Positions 1-13,051 of a DNA stretch of 64,000 bases are shown here, piece after piece. The position numbers were made by a program, and so were the translations under genes. The DNA is from Paraspadella gotoi (lineage: Eukaryota > Animalia > Chaetognatha): positions 12,151,676 through 12,215,675 of the forward strand of contig CM119270.1 of NCBI GenBank assembly GCA_051294375.1. The letters run 5' to 3'. The notes beneath the pieces are model-generated. The model was given only the letters and a program-made list of their open reading frames with translations, made no database searches and was not told the DNA's origin. How positions within the stretch are numbered: position 1 is the first letter of the stretch; the number at the start of each line of letters is the position of its first letter.

Positions 1-3000
1 GACGAGGCCATCCCTTCAGGAATGCACATCTTCCTACGGAACCTCAACGTCGACCGGTGGTCGAGGCACAAGCGATGTACGATCGCGCCAAGGCCGCCCG
101 ACGGAAGAAAACATCGCGGAGCCAACGCGGATAGATTCACTCTAAAGCAATTGTGAAGTGTCCGTTCCACGATTGCAAGGGTAGATGGAATGACGCAGGC
201 CATTTGGAACTTTTGTCGGGAGCTCCTCGATCGCCCTCAGCAACATCCCTCCGGGCATTGCCGCCAGCTCGATTCGCGGGCGTAATTCTATGCGACACGT
301 GTTTCATCCGGTGAAAGCATAGCGTCGACAGGACGCTCCCGTATCCGCCGCAGCACGGATGCACGACGATGCCCAGAAGAATCTAGAACTTAGACCGCCC
401 AACCTCCTTCAGCTGAACCTCGACGCGACTACGCTGGCGTCCATCCGACCTTATCCCTCCACGGACTTCAAGAAGATGACGTCGAATCAAACAAGGTCAT
501 TTCCGTGACGGCCGTGTTCGCGTTAGGATATCAGGACGAGAGAAAATAACAACTACCATTCAACTATCGATCGAGAATGGACATGAACTCGAATCTGACC
601 CCTGATCGCCACAAGGTTTAGTCAGAGCTGCGACTGCGCTGCACAGGAACACGAAGAACAGATCCATCAAACATCACTGTCGCCAACAGAAACAGAGTGG
701 TCGATATGAGAACTCTCGCTTCGCGCATGACGTGCGCAGGATTCTTGTACAGCATTCGACTCTTCAATGGAGCATCGGATATTATGCAGAGAGTTTGCGT
801 GAATCGACGTGATGATCCGACGTGTGTGTACCGCGCGCCTGCGCGCCGAAAAACGCAAGGACGGAATGGAAAGAATTGAGAGAAGAAGTGAAGATTTTTC
901 AGAGGCCGTTAGAACGTATTCTTTGGCGAAGTCGAGAGAGACCTGTTTCACGTCTTACGCCTTCAACGACATCGCGTACGGCCTGGAGCTGCGGTCGTGG
1001 CTCAATCACTCTCCCCCGTCTTGAGCCCTCTCTCCAACAGCTCGTCAACCGTCTTCAAACTCCACTTCCGTCGACGCATCAGTGTGTGAAAATAGCATCC
1101 GCCGGCATACCGGAAACATGGGAAGCGAGGAGGCGCGCGAGCGTTTGGAACGGAACCCGATGGCGTTCCGCCTGCCGCTGATCCGCCAAATCCGCAGTTC
1201 GTAACAATGGAGTTTTTGCGCGACGCATAAGGGAACTTTTTTAATGAAAGATTGCGTCGTGAGGCTTCTATTGAAAGAGACGTCACGCCGACTCTTGCGG
1301 CTTTAAACGTCTCTGTCGCCTCAAGGCATCAAACGGCGTCATCCTCTGATGCGGCGCCGTCCGAGGCAGCCTTCGTCCGCTCCGCTGCGATGGCGACGGG
1401 CTTCTTGGAGATTCAAGCTCAAACGCTCGCCTATCAAATGCTTCAGCAGCAACGCCCAAAGATCAAGGTCGACGAGACTTCGTCGCGTTTAGACTTTGAG
1501 CGTCAACTTCGCGATTTTAACGTCAGCGTCTGCGCGTTGGAGGCGCTACGGATCCAATAAAGTTGAAGGAGCTCCCCCATTGGTTCGACGGTCTTCCCAA
1601 GCGATCGATTGAACGATTTCTTTACGCAATCGGACGCAACCGGCGGCTCTTGGCGACGCCTCTTACCGTTCTCAAGAGAAAAATGGGGATGAAGGCGGAC
1701 GACGGCGGACGAGATGATTGAACAGATCCTCGCGGCCCTAGGCTCGATCGAAAGGACTCAGCGAGTCATTATGGTCTTCTGGTCACTTTGCAGCAGGTGT
1801 ACGACCTCGCGAAGGAAGACGGACCGACTTGCAGACCTCGACCGGGCGGCCGTGATGGCGGATCTGCTCTCCAAACGGATGCCTCACCTTTCAGATAAGT
1901 GGGCGAAAAAAGTGGTTATTTTTAGACAGAATCATAATTGGAACGACGATCTCTCTTTTTAGTGATTTCTTGTCATTTTTTAGCCATAAACCAAGAGGTT
2001 CTCGATTTCAGACCGCCGGCGAAAAATGGGAAAGATCCAGCGGCGACGAGCAAAGGCGAAGACGGCGGCGAAGGTCTACGCCGCGTCAGCGGACAATTTA
2101 TCGAGGAGAAAGAAATCTTCGGTGGCCGCCGCAGCCGTTCCTGCAACAACGGGAGCGCCGACTTCAAAGTCGACGTCGTCGTCAACGCCGGGGATCGAAA
2201 ACTTTCTTGCCGTGTCCACTTGCGGGAGACGACATTATTTGTACAGCTGTGAAAAATTCCAGAGATCGAAGCCCGCCGATCGCCGCAAATATTGCGTCTC
2301 TCAGGCCCGCTGCTTCAACTGCTTGGGAAGCGGTCATCGTGTTCGAAAAATGCCCTTCAAAGGAGCGCTGCTTTTGCGATAAAAATCATACATCCGCTTC
2401 TCCATTAGACGGATTGAGCCCCGTCGAGAAAAGCGGGATTTTCAAAAAGTATCTTCACGCAATTCGACATCGACGAGCAGCGGGAAAAAATTTTAGTCTG
2501 ACGCCGCCGCCGGATTAGTCAGGACCGGCGCCGTGTGAAAGGCTACGTGACTTTGCTTGTTTAGCCGCCGAGCGGGGGCGCGTTTCCGCCAAGCGGCGCC
2601 GATCGTGATCGTCGTTCGAGCGACGACGTTGTTCAGCTTTGTAATATTTGGATTTATGGGAGATTTTGCGTTTGAAAAAATATCCGTTTTTTACAAAGTG
2701 ATTGAAACTACAGCTTAGTCTCGTTAAAATATTTATTCTCGGCTCTGAGTCTACACTCCCTAGGCCAAAGGTGAAAAATTGAAGATTTCTGCGGTTGACG
2801 ACGCGTTCCATCTGGATATGGAGGAATGTCCCTCGCCGTCGACGTTCTTTCGTTTGGTGACGACGCTTCACCGGCGCGAGAAAAAGATTTCTCTCTTTTT
2901 ATTCATCTCGTGGATGCCGAGTTTCGAATTTAGCCGCGGTAGTAAAGATTCCTTTTCTACAAAGATGACGGGACCGTCGACGATCCAATCGGCCAAGGGG

Positions 3001-4300
3001 TCGTCGAGCTCCGCGGAAATTCATTTGACAACCTGACTTCGTATCGATGTCGACAACGTGAAGCTCAGCCGTGAATTTCGGCGACATTTCGACGCCGATA
3101 TTTTCCGGCGCCATCAGCGAAGCGTGTCTTCAACGTGCAGGGTGGCTTCGCTGTGGAGCGAATTCGGTCGACCATACGTTTCAACGGGCCAAGGTGACTG
3201 GATGCTGTGAAATTTACTTCCATCGAGATAATTATCTCTGGATCGCGGCCAAGCCTACAGAGACGACGCCGGAGATGTTCTTCTTCTGGATGCCTCCGAG
3301 ATGCCTGCGGCGTCGTTATGTTAAGTCGCGTCAAGGTTTAGTCTTTGAGTAAATTTTTTATATCCGCGTCGTCGCCTAATTCGTCTTACCGTTCGAGATA
3401 AATTCATGTTTTGAATTCGTTATTTTTTCATGGCGATTTTCGCTCATCGCCAAAAATATAGTAAATTCGAGTTTAAAAAAAATCGCGTTTTTCTCGTTTT
3501 TCAAAATATCGAATTATCTAAATTCATGATCATCCTGGTGGACGAATAGAGAACGTCCTGATGATGCGAATCTGGGCCTCTCTCTCTCTTTTACACGGGA
3601 AAATGGTGATATGGAATTGATTCCATGATGCGGGCTGATCACTCTTTGGATGCCGGGATCGACGTGGCCAAATTAACGAGCGTCTGGTCTCCATGGAAAC
3701 CAAAGATCATCCGGGTCTCGTCGCCGAGTTGTCGCGGGTGGCTCCGTCCTCGTCGATGATCTCCCGTTCTCACCGCCCATGTTTTCCGTTGCCTCGTGGG
3801 TGCTGGATCGTAATTGCTGCCTTTCGTTTGCGCGTGTTATGGATTTTTTATCCTTCAACGTGATCTGCGGCAAGAAGCATCCCTCGAGTCTCCCGTCGAT
3901 ATTCATTCGACAGCGAAACGCCTCTTTCGCTGATTGTAAAAAATATTTCGGTTTCAAGATGGAATTTTTTCTCATGTTTAATCGGCCTATCAAACTACAA
4001 GATGTGCTGGAGAGTCTATCTCGCCTCTTCGTGGGTTGTCTCCTTCGTCGACTGCGGGGGGAAACGCGCTTCAACGCTGTCCTCCGAGGCGAAGCATCCG
4101 ATCAATGAGCGATTCCATCATCTCGGCCTCGGCGCCGAGAATTATCATCCTTTAACGCCAGACGACGTCTTATCCAATTTTGGATCCAGATTTCGGCCGA
4201 CTCGTCCTTCTTGATGACGAAACCAAGTCGACGAGCATGTGGAGGCCCGGCGTTAATCAGAAAGGGTGCCTAGCAACGACTCGTACGGGCGGCGCGCGTT
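1..4300 (+). mobile_element. Degenerate BEL/Pao-family LTR retrotransposon fragment (gag plus integrase-like remnant)
   Basis: About 2220-2400 encodes, across a frameshift, CGRRHYLYSCEKF..RRKYCVSQARCFNCLGSGHRVRK/CPSKERCFCDKNH, matching the triple Cys-His knuckle array of BEL/Pao gag. A PHD-like CPFHDC..ILCDTCF remnant lies at 150-370, gag-like LKELPHWFDGLPKR at ~1560 and integrase-like EAK..IN..YHPLTPDDVL at ~4090-4170. Many stops and frameshifts. Confidence 0.7.
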
Positions 4301-7300
4301 CGTGCGGACCGAATGAAAAATTTTCGATCGCGACTCGATTTTAAAATAATCATCCGTTTGATATTAGTTGGGGAAAGTTAAAATAAATACGAATACCTCA
4401 CCTCAAAGAACTTACTCTTTGTGCCATATTTTTCATTTTATTGCTATGCATAACCGAAATTCTTTTACAGAGGCCTCGGCCGAAAAACGAAAATTTGTTT
4501 TCCCAATTTTGCTTTGATTTCGTTCGGCCGAGAAAATTCCCCCATAGGGACTGCACCAAACCTGAAATTCTGATTAAATGATTTTTCAGATTTGAATTTT
4601 TTGTTTATTTATTTTTACTGTTTAAGACAATGTTTTCTTCAGAACTGTTTTGTTTTGGTTAGTACTTTATTTTAAAAATTTAATTTTATTATTTTCAGTG
4701 ACTGGAAGTAGGGTTTTAAAAAATATTTAATTTATTTATTTATTTTCGATTTTCGTAAGTGGCAACCCCTACTCGAAATTTTTTGTTCAGAGTTTTGGCA
4801 GTAAAAATGATATTTTCGAATTATTCTCATTTGTCTAATTTTTATGTACGGATTTCACATTTTATAGTAGATCAAAATGGGATTTTGGCGTACAGTTGTA
4901 ATCGTTTATGCCGATTTTATTTCGCGTTTTCGGTTTTTATCGTACGTCATCTCGGGTCTGTTATTTTCGAAAATTCGCGATTTTTGGAATTTTTATATTG
5001 GAAAAAAGAAAAAATATTTTTTATTATTTTTTGCCTCATTTGCATAACGGGTTTTCAATACGGACGTCGCGGTATTGTCGCTTCGTTCTTTGTTTTCCTC
5101 CCTTTTTTCCAAGGTTTTAGTACCGTCCTTGTTCTGTACCGATCATACGGAGGTTCAAGTGTGACGTGGAAAGAACTTTAAAAAATTTCAAAGCTTCAAA
5201 ATGCAGGCCTCCATCACTAGTCAGGCGTCAGGTAGTACCGGCGCCTGCAAATGTTTGTGCTCCGCACCTAGGCCGCCAGGGACAAGCTGCTCCTGTCCAG
5301 CAGCCCTCTGGGTCGATTCAGTTGACGGCGGCAAAACGGCAGAGAAATAGACGCCGCATGGCTCGACGTTTTCGACGAAATGGGCGTTTTCGCACAGCGT
5401 CAACTTTACGCGGCGGCCAGTGTCGCCGAGGCGTCTATTTTGAAAGAAATCTGAAAGTCATGCCGCCCTATTAGACCTGGATCTCGTCGCGATGGGACGA
5501 GATCTGCAAGGAGCATCAGAGGCAATGATTGTGCTGCACCCGGGAGGCGGAGACGGTGATGACCTCGGTGAAGGTTGCGAAGCGTCAGGGGCTGTTTCAG
5601 TCCAGCGTGACGCCGCTGTTGAGCTGGAGCGGTCGGAGACTGTGGAGCGTGAAGCGGCTCAAGCCCTCCCCCAGTTCCGACGTCGACGTTATGTTCGACT
5701 CCAGAAAGGTGGAGAAGAGGTCGAAGCGGCCTTTGAGGCCGCGACGTCAATTGGTTGAAGATCGAGGTCGCCGGAGGCGCTCGGTGAGTTTCGACGGCTT
5801 TTGGAGCCGTCCACCCTGCCGCCGAAGGGCATGTGCTCCGCCCGGGATCGGACGAAAGGGCCGTAAGGACAGGCGCGGTCATGGTGAGTCCGATAGCAGC
5901 TTGTAGGGAGGGGCGTTGTGAATTCCATCTCCGACGCCCGCTCTCTTGTGTACAGTGGGCAGCCTTGGTGTCCGTGGGGTCCCGGCGGGGAGATATTTTG
6001 AGATTGTTTTATATTTTTTTTTTTTGAAGTTGTTTGCCGGGACGGGTTTAGCATACAGCCCTAACCTCCCTTTTGGAGACATGGGGGCTAAGATTCTTGT
6101 TACAGCACATAGAATCATTGTTTAAAGGTTTGGGGTTTACGGAAGCTCCCTCCCCTGTTAAAACCACTGAGCTGTTTAAATATGGGTGGTTAGATGTCAC
6201 GTGATTTACTTACTTTATTTGGCACAATAATTTAAGTAATATTGCGCGCATTGTGTCAGTCTGAGTTATTTCCCAGTCAGGCATCCTAAACTATTATTAC
6301 ATGTGCTTTATGATAAGATAAAGTCGCAAAAATGTACCTTTGATTATAAATTACCTAGGCTAATTTTTAATCTGCATTTTCCGCACACTTGTAAATAAAT
6401 TATAATTATTTATTTCTTAAATTATTTATTTCGTGCCTATTTTATTCACAGAACTCAACGGTTCCGGTTCGTCGTTCGTCAGTGGGTCAGTGGTTCTCTC
6501 CGGGAATTTCATCTGACGACGTTCGACGAAAAACGATCTTCTATAGTTAGTAACTCTCTAGATTTTTTCGTTTTTTGGTCTGCGTCCGTTCTAAACGGCC
6601 AGACAATTATTATTTATTTTTTCGTTCAGTCCTGCGTCCGTAACTGCGGCCAGGACTTGTCTGCGTCCGTTCTATACGGCCAGGCATTTTTTTATCTTAA
6701 ACGGGGGCGCAGAAGTTTTTTCAATTTTTTGTGCGACGGCCCCGGTCACAGAGAAGAAAGTTTTTCGTTTTTTGAAACGCTTACAGCGTTTTTAAAGTAA
6801 AAATATTTAGAGAATTTTGATAAATAACCGAACGTTTTTTAAACGGGTTTAATTTTTTAAATGATAGGATAATTTTTCATATTATTAATTATTCTTTTTT
6901 CATTTTTTAAATATAAATTAAACTCCGTCGAGCGCGAGTCAACCTTGACTCTTTTTCGGGTATTTTTTCTCTAATGATAACAGGCCCCCGCGCCTGATAG
7001 GACTAGGCCTATTTTTTGCTTTAATACGATGGCGCTCTAAGCCTTTCTCGAAGGCTTTTTCTTTTCTGTGAGCTGAAAAGCTCGTCTTCCATTTTTACAA
7101 TTTAACTATTTTTTTATTTTAATAATAGTTATTTTTATTTCTTTATTTCCCGTTTTTCTGGATTTGTTCAATTCGACTGAAAGTTGGATTCTCCTGTGGC
7201 GGGAGTAAAGNNNNNNNNNNNNNNNNNNNNNNNNNCGACTCGAACCTTCCTTTCCTTTCATTTGTCTCATTTTTTTCCCTCTGCCTCCCTTTTTTTGTTC

Positions 7301-8056
7301 TTTTCCATTTTCTCTATAATTTTAATCTTCTTTTCTGTTTTTCTTCTTCTTCTTTCTCCTCATTTTCTTTTCATCGCCCTTTTCTTTCTCTCCGTTGGCA
7401 AAGGCTCAAATTTTCAGATCTCAAGTTGGGACTTTTTCATTGAGATGAATCCCGACTAGGCAGCCCCAATCTTCAAGGCCCCGGTTTTGGGGCGCAGGTC
7501 CCGAGGCCTGGGCCTTTAGGCCCCGGTCTTGAGTCCAAAATATTGAATCTCTAGACTTGATTCCAGGCTCATTTCGAACCCTGTTTTTGCATTTCTTGTA
7601 GGGAAATTTTCGTGCATTTCGTTTTTGTTTTTGTTCTTTTAAGAATACAGTTCATGTAAATTGAATTTCGACTGAACAGCTCGAAATAAAATTTGAAAGA
7701 CTAAAATAATTTCAGGTTGGGCGATGGCCACGCTTGAAAATCTTGAAAAAGCCTGTCCAATATCAGGGACAAGTTTGTTTATTAATTGAATGGATAATTT
7801 TATATTGGTTGTATCACTTTCATAGATATGAAAATACTATTGGGTTTACTAATTTTTATTAAAAAAGGAAAAAATACAGCGCACGAGCTTGTCGCCCATT
7901 AATCCCAATTCCCCACACAAAAAAAAAACGACCCACACCAAAATCCCCAACGGAAAAAAATTCGCCGCAGACGCGAAATCACCGACCGCAACTTTGTTCT
8001 TCCTCGACGCGACGAGAGAACAAAAACTTGAAGGAAAACTTTTCTTCGCTCCTTCA

Positions 8057-8124
<68 letters not shown>

Positions 8125-8385
8125 CATCAAAATTCTGAATTCAATAATTTTCGTATTGGTTTTCATAAAATTCTGTTGTTCAATTTTAAGATCCAGTCGG
8201 CGATTTTTGTTTAAAAAAAAATCATTTGATTGTGACCGAAAAAGTGAGTTCGTCGCGAAATGAAGCGATACTAAATCTAGGCTAATAAGTTATCATTATT
8301 AACGACAACAAAAAAATCTATAAATAGAAGAAGAGCAAAGAAAAGGAAACTGCGAGAGACTTCGAGAACCGAAGACGAAAAAAAT

Positions 8386-8425
<40 letters not shown>

Positions 8426-8619
8426 AGTCTTCGTCGATGTTTCTTCTTCTTTTCTAGAGTCTTGATTTTTATGTGGAGAGAGATAGAGACAGAGAGAGAA
8501 AAAGAGAAGCGAAGAAAATAGGAGGAAAAAAGAAAAAGGAAAAAAAAAAGGATGGACGCGAGACGAAGGAACGAGGCAGAAGACGAGGAGAGGAAAAAAA
8601 GGGGAAGGGGAGCGAAGGA

Positions 8620-8855
8620 GGAGGAAGAGAGGAAAAAGGAAGTGGATTAAGGAAAGGAGGGAGAGAAGGGAGAGGAAGAGAGGAAAAAGGAAGGAAGTGG
8701 ATTAAGGAAAGGAGTGAGAGAAGGGAGAGGAAGAGAGGAAAAAGGAAGGAAGTGGATTAAGGAAAGGAGGGAGAGAAGGGAGAGGAAGAGAAGAAACAGG
8801 AAGGAATTGGATTAAGGAAAGGAGGGAGAGAAGGGAGAGGAAGAGAGGAAAAAGG
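8620..8855. repeat. Purine-rich minisatellite, ~55-bp unit, about 4 copies
   Basis: Repeated ggaaaggagggagagaagggagaggaagagaggaaaaaggaaggaagtggattaa; a noisy copy recurs at ~15540-15785. Confidence 0.85.
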
Positions 8856-9002
8856 AGAGTTTACTCACAAATGAAGTCAGAAGCCCACCGTTCGGGATAT
8901 ATCGTGGGAAAAAGTTTCTTTTTTCTTTTTTCTTTTTTCTTCATACCTTTCTCTTTCTTTTTCGACGTACGGAACTAGACTTTCTTATTTCTTTTTATCT
9001 TT

Positions 9003-9046
<44 letters not shown>

Positions 9047-9155
9047 TTTTTCTTTCTTTCTTTCTTTCTTTCTTTCTTTATTTCTTTCTCTCTTTTTTTT
9101 TAAAAATGTCTCTCTTTCTTCTTTCATTATCTTAAACAAATCTCGCTCTTTTCAG

Positions 9156-11886
9156 GGTCTTCCCCAGAAAGGTAAGAAAATATCTTACATTCTATATAAT
9201 GATATAATTCTATATCTGCTGATATTCAGACTCATTCTCTCTTTTGGCAATTTTAATTTTTTTACAGACTTTTTTTTTNNNNNNNNNNNNNNNNNNNNNN
9301 NNNNNNNNNNNNNNNNNNNNNNNNNNNNNNNNNNNNNNNNNNNNNNNNNNNNNNNNNNNNNNNNNNNNNNNNNNNNNNNNNNNNNNNNNNNNNNNNNNNN
9401 NNNNNNNNNNNNNNNNNNNNNNNNNNNNNNNNNNNNNNNNNNNNNNNNNNNNNNNNNNNNNNNNNNNNNNNNNNNNNNNNNNNNNNNNNNNNNNNNNNNN
9501 NNNNNNNNNNNNNNNNNNNNNNNNNNNNNNNNNNNNNNNNNNNNNNNNNNNNNNNNNNNNNNNNNNNNNNNNNNNNNNNNNNNNNNNNNNNNNNNNNNNN
9601 NNNNNNNNNNNNNNNNNNNNNNNNNNNNNNNNNNNNNNNNNNNNNNNNNNNNNNNNNNNNNNNNNNNNNNNNNNNNNNNNNNNNNNNNNNNNNNNNNNNN
9701 NNNNNNNNNNNNNNNNNNNNNNNNNNNNNNNNNNNNNNNNNNNNNNNNNNNNNNNNNNNNNNNNNNNNNNNNNNNNNNNNNNNNNNNNNNNNNNNNNNNN
9801 NNNNNNNNNNNNNNNNNNNNNNNNNNNNNNNNNNNNNNNNNNNNNNNNNNNNNNNNNNNNNNNNNNNNNNNNNNNNNNNNNNNNNNNNNNNNNNNNNNNN
9901 NNNNNNNNNNNNNNNNNNNNNNNNNNNNNNNNNNNNNNNNNNNNNNNNNNNNNNNNNNNNNNNNNNNNNNNNNNNNNNNNNNNNNNNNNNNNNNNNNNNN
10001 NNNNNNNNNNNNNNNNNNNNNNNNNNNNNNNNNNNNNNNNNNNNNNNNNNNNNNNNNNNNNNNNNNNNNNNNNNNNNNNNNNNNNNNNNNNNNNNNNNNN
10101 NNNNNNNNNNNNNNNNNNNNNNNNNNNNNNNNNNNNNNNNNNNNNNNNNNNNNNNNNNNNNNNNNNNNNNNNNNNNNNNNNNNNNNNNNNNNNNNNNNNN
10201 NNNNNNNNNNNNNNNNNNNNNNNNNNNNNNNNNNNNNNNNNNNNNNNNNNNNNNNNNGGATGACTCCGGTCTTGCAGTTTCTCTTGCACCATCCGTCGGG
10301 TTCCCGTCTTCAACGTCTTCGGCTTTTGCCAGAAGCGGATGAAGGCAACAGTTTTCTTCTTCGATGGGCAGCGATGGGTTTTTTCCTGAAGGGTTTACGT
10401 TTTTTTGTGGGGCTCTTTTGGAAAAGGAGTTTACTTCAAGATGGTTTTGGACTCCCTGAAATTTAAGCTAAAATAATCGGACTTGTGCAGTTGAAATTAC
10501 AGCATGTGAAAATACGCTGTACGAGGCGTACGTAGTCTAATTTTAATTTTTTCAGCAACTATTTATTTTTTAACAACTATAACTAAAATACAACAGTTAA
10601 TTAGTTATATTATATTAGCTATATTAGAGAAAATTTTCTTCTTAGTTTATTAACCAGAAATTAATTTCAAAAGAGTAATTTATTTATAAACTTTAAAAAT
10701 AGAACTTTATACTCCTCGAGGATATCTTAAAAACAGCAAACCTGATGTTTACAATTTCGTATTTTTCTTTTCACCCTCTCACACTCCCTCTCTCTCTTTC
10801 TTTCTTTCTTTCTCTGCATATTTTCCCTTCATCAATGAAAAAAAAATCTCAAATTTTGCCGACATGGTCGCTGATGTTTTTTGGCCCCGCCCTCTTTCCA
10901 TCAAAGATCGAATTAGGCTTTTGTTTTCGCAAATTTCTTCGCTCTTTCCTTTTTTTTTNNNNNNNNNNNNNNNNNNNNNNNNNNNNNNNNNNNNNNNNNN
11001 NNNNNNNNNNNNNNNNNNNNNNNNNNNNNNNNNNNNNNNNNNNNNNNNNNNNNNNNNNNNNNNNNNNNNNNNNNNNNNNNNNNNNNNNNNNNNNNNNNNN
11101 NNNNNNNNNNNNNNNNNNNNNNNNNNNNNNNNNNNNNNNNNNNNNNNNNNNNNNNNNNNNNNNNNNNNNNNNNNNNNNNNNNNNNNNNNNNNNNNNNNNN
11201 NNNNAAATGTTTTTAATTGCTGGCTGGGGAGGTTGGAAAGAAAGCTGGAGCGAAAGAGGAAAGAAAAGAGAGGAAAGAAGAGGGGTAAGACGGTGAGAAG
11301 AAGAGAGGAAAGAAGAGAGGTGAGACGATGGAATAAAGAAGAGAGGAATAAAGAGAGGTGAGATGGTTGAAAGGAGAAGAGAGGAGTACTTTTGAGAGGA
11401 ATATAAATGACAAAAATAGATTAATTATTTTAATAAAGTAAATTCCAATCATTTTATTCTTTATTTTATATTTTGTTTCAAGAAATAACAGCATGGATGA
11501 GAATGGTAAGAATAATTTTTTTAGTCAAAGCCTCGACCACCTGATAGACCTACATATATTGTGTTAGCAGCCATTATTACAGGCATGTCTAAATTCTACG
11601 CGTAAAAACAAGTTGGAAGAACGGCATGGTAAAATATTTTTCAATGAAAAGAGAGACTAAACGAAAGAGAATAAAGTTTAAAGATAAAAAAGAAAAGAAA
11701 AGGATCTCAGGAAGAAGACTGAGGATGAGGAGGAAGAGGAAGAGGAGGAGGAAAAAAGAGGAGGACCAAACTATTCTAATTGCAGACTTTAAAGAAATCT
11801 CCACTGCCTCATTTCTGGCGCAAAAGTTCATTCATGGAGCAAATGGCGGAAATGATGGCGACGGCGAAGGCGACGACGACAACTGA
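9156..11886 (+). CDS. Putative 3' end of an unidentified gene: microexons 9156-9171 and 11492-11505, terminal exon 11785-11886
   Basis: Splice junctions ttttcAG|ggtcttccccagaaag|GTAAGA, aacAG|catggatgagaatg|GTAAGA and ttgcAG|actttaaag... join in frame to xSSPESMDENDFKEISTASFLAQKFIHGANGGNDGDGEGDDDN*. No homolog recognised, and two gaps intervene. Confidence 0.35.
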
Positions 11887-12055
11887 GACGACGAGGACGG
11901 CGACGACGAAGACGGCGACGACGACGAAAAAAAAAGAAGACGAGGGGAAAAAAAAAGAAGAAGAAGCTGGATGAAACACATTCAAAGGATCTAAGATGAG
12001 TAGGAGGGGAAAAAAGATGGATGGGATTAAGAAAGAAGATGGGGGGAAAAGGGGC

Positions 12056-12102
<47 letters not shown>

Positions 12103-12484
12103 TTTCATGCAAAGAGTCAGAGACGAAGAGACAGAGACGGACGGCCGAAGTCAGAAAGGGAAAATCGAGAGGCGACTTCGTTGGCCATTTCGTGACACGA
12201 GGCTGTAAGTTTTTGATCATTTTGGTCATTCTCGTTCTCTCTCTTTCTTTCTCTCTCTCCCTTCCTCCCTCTCTCTTTTCGTTTTCCCCATTTTTTTTCA
12301 AAGACCATAGTAAATTTAGCCAAATCATTCGTAAACATTGCCGCGGTGGAAAGATAGATATTCTTGCTTTGGAGCTTTTTTTTTCTGCTTCTTCGCTTCT
12401 TGCAGTGACTGTCACGTGGCCAAGGGAGAGATTTTATACGTTAAACAACACAACTCCTTCACAAGGAACAAATAATAAATAATT

Positions 12485-12799
12485 TCAGAGCGATTCTTCC
12501 AACTCTTTTTCGCAGGTCTCCTCGATGCTCTGGATCCGCGACGCTAAATTCTCAGATTCTCCGCCGCAAGAATTGATTCTGGAAGCGACGGAGAATCTCT
12601 GCTGCGAGTCTCTTTGCCGAGATCCGGTTCCGGTGGATCGGCGCCGGGCGGAACCCCCGCCCGAGTTCAGAGTTCCTTTCCACGGTTCCACGACGACGTA
12701 GTAGAAGGAGAAGACGAGAATCGTGATGACGGTGTCGATGGCGCAAACAGTTCCGATGTACGTGTAGAGACTCGGATAAATGTTGAGCTCAGTTCGAAC
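12485..12799 (-). CDS. XK-related domain terminal exon (last TM helix and cytoplasmic tail)
   Basis: aAG|GTT..: VRTELNIYPSLYTYIGTVCAIDTVITILVFSFYYVVVEPWKG...EKELEESL*. FYYVVVEP resembles the XKR last-helix YYxxxHP motif. Phase 0 matches the donor at 14110. Confidence 0.7.
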   Translation of the reverse strand, partial: VRTELNIYPSLYTYIGTVCAIDTVITILVFSFYYVVVEPWKGTLNSGGGSARRRSTGTGSRQRDSQQRFSVASRINSCGGESENLASRIQSIEETCEKELEESL

Positions 12800-12978
12800 C
12801 TTTGGGCAAATATGTAATCATTATGACAGTAATGCGTTCGAAGCAAAATAAACATTTTGGTTTGAACCTGGTAAGCGTGAAAGGTTGAATTGACTTTCAT
12901 GTCTGTACTTTTCAGTCGATAAATAGAAATTCCATTCGTATCGCTTTCGTACTGTAAAAAAATTGAGAATATTAGTTA

Positions 12979-13051
<73 letters not shown>

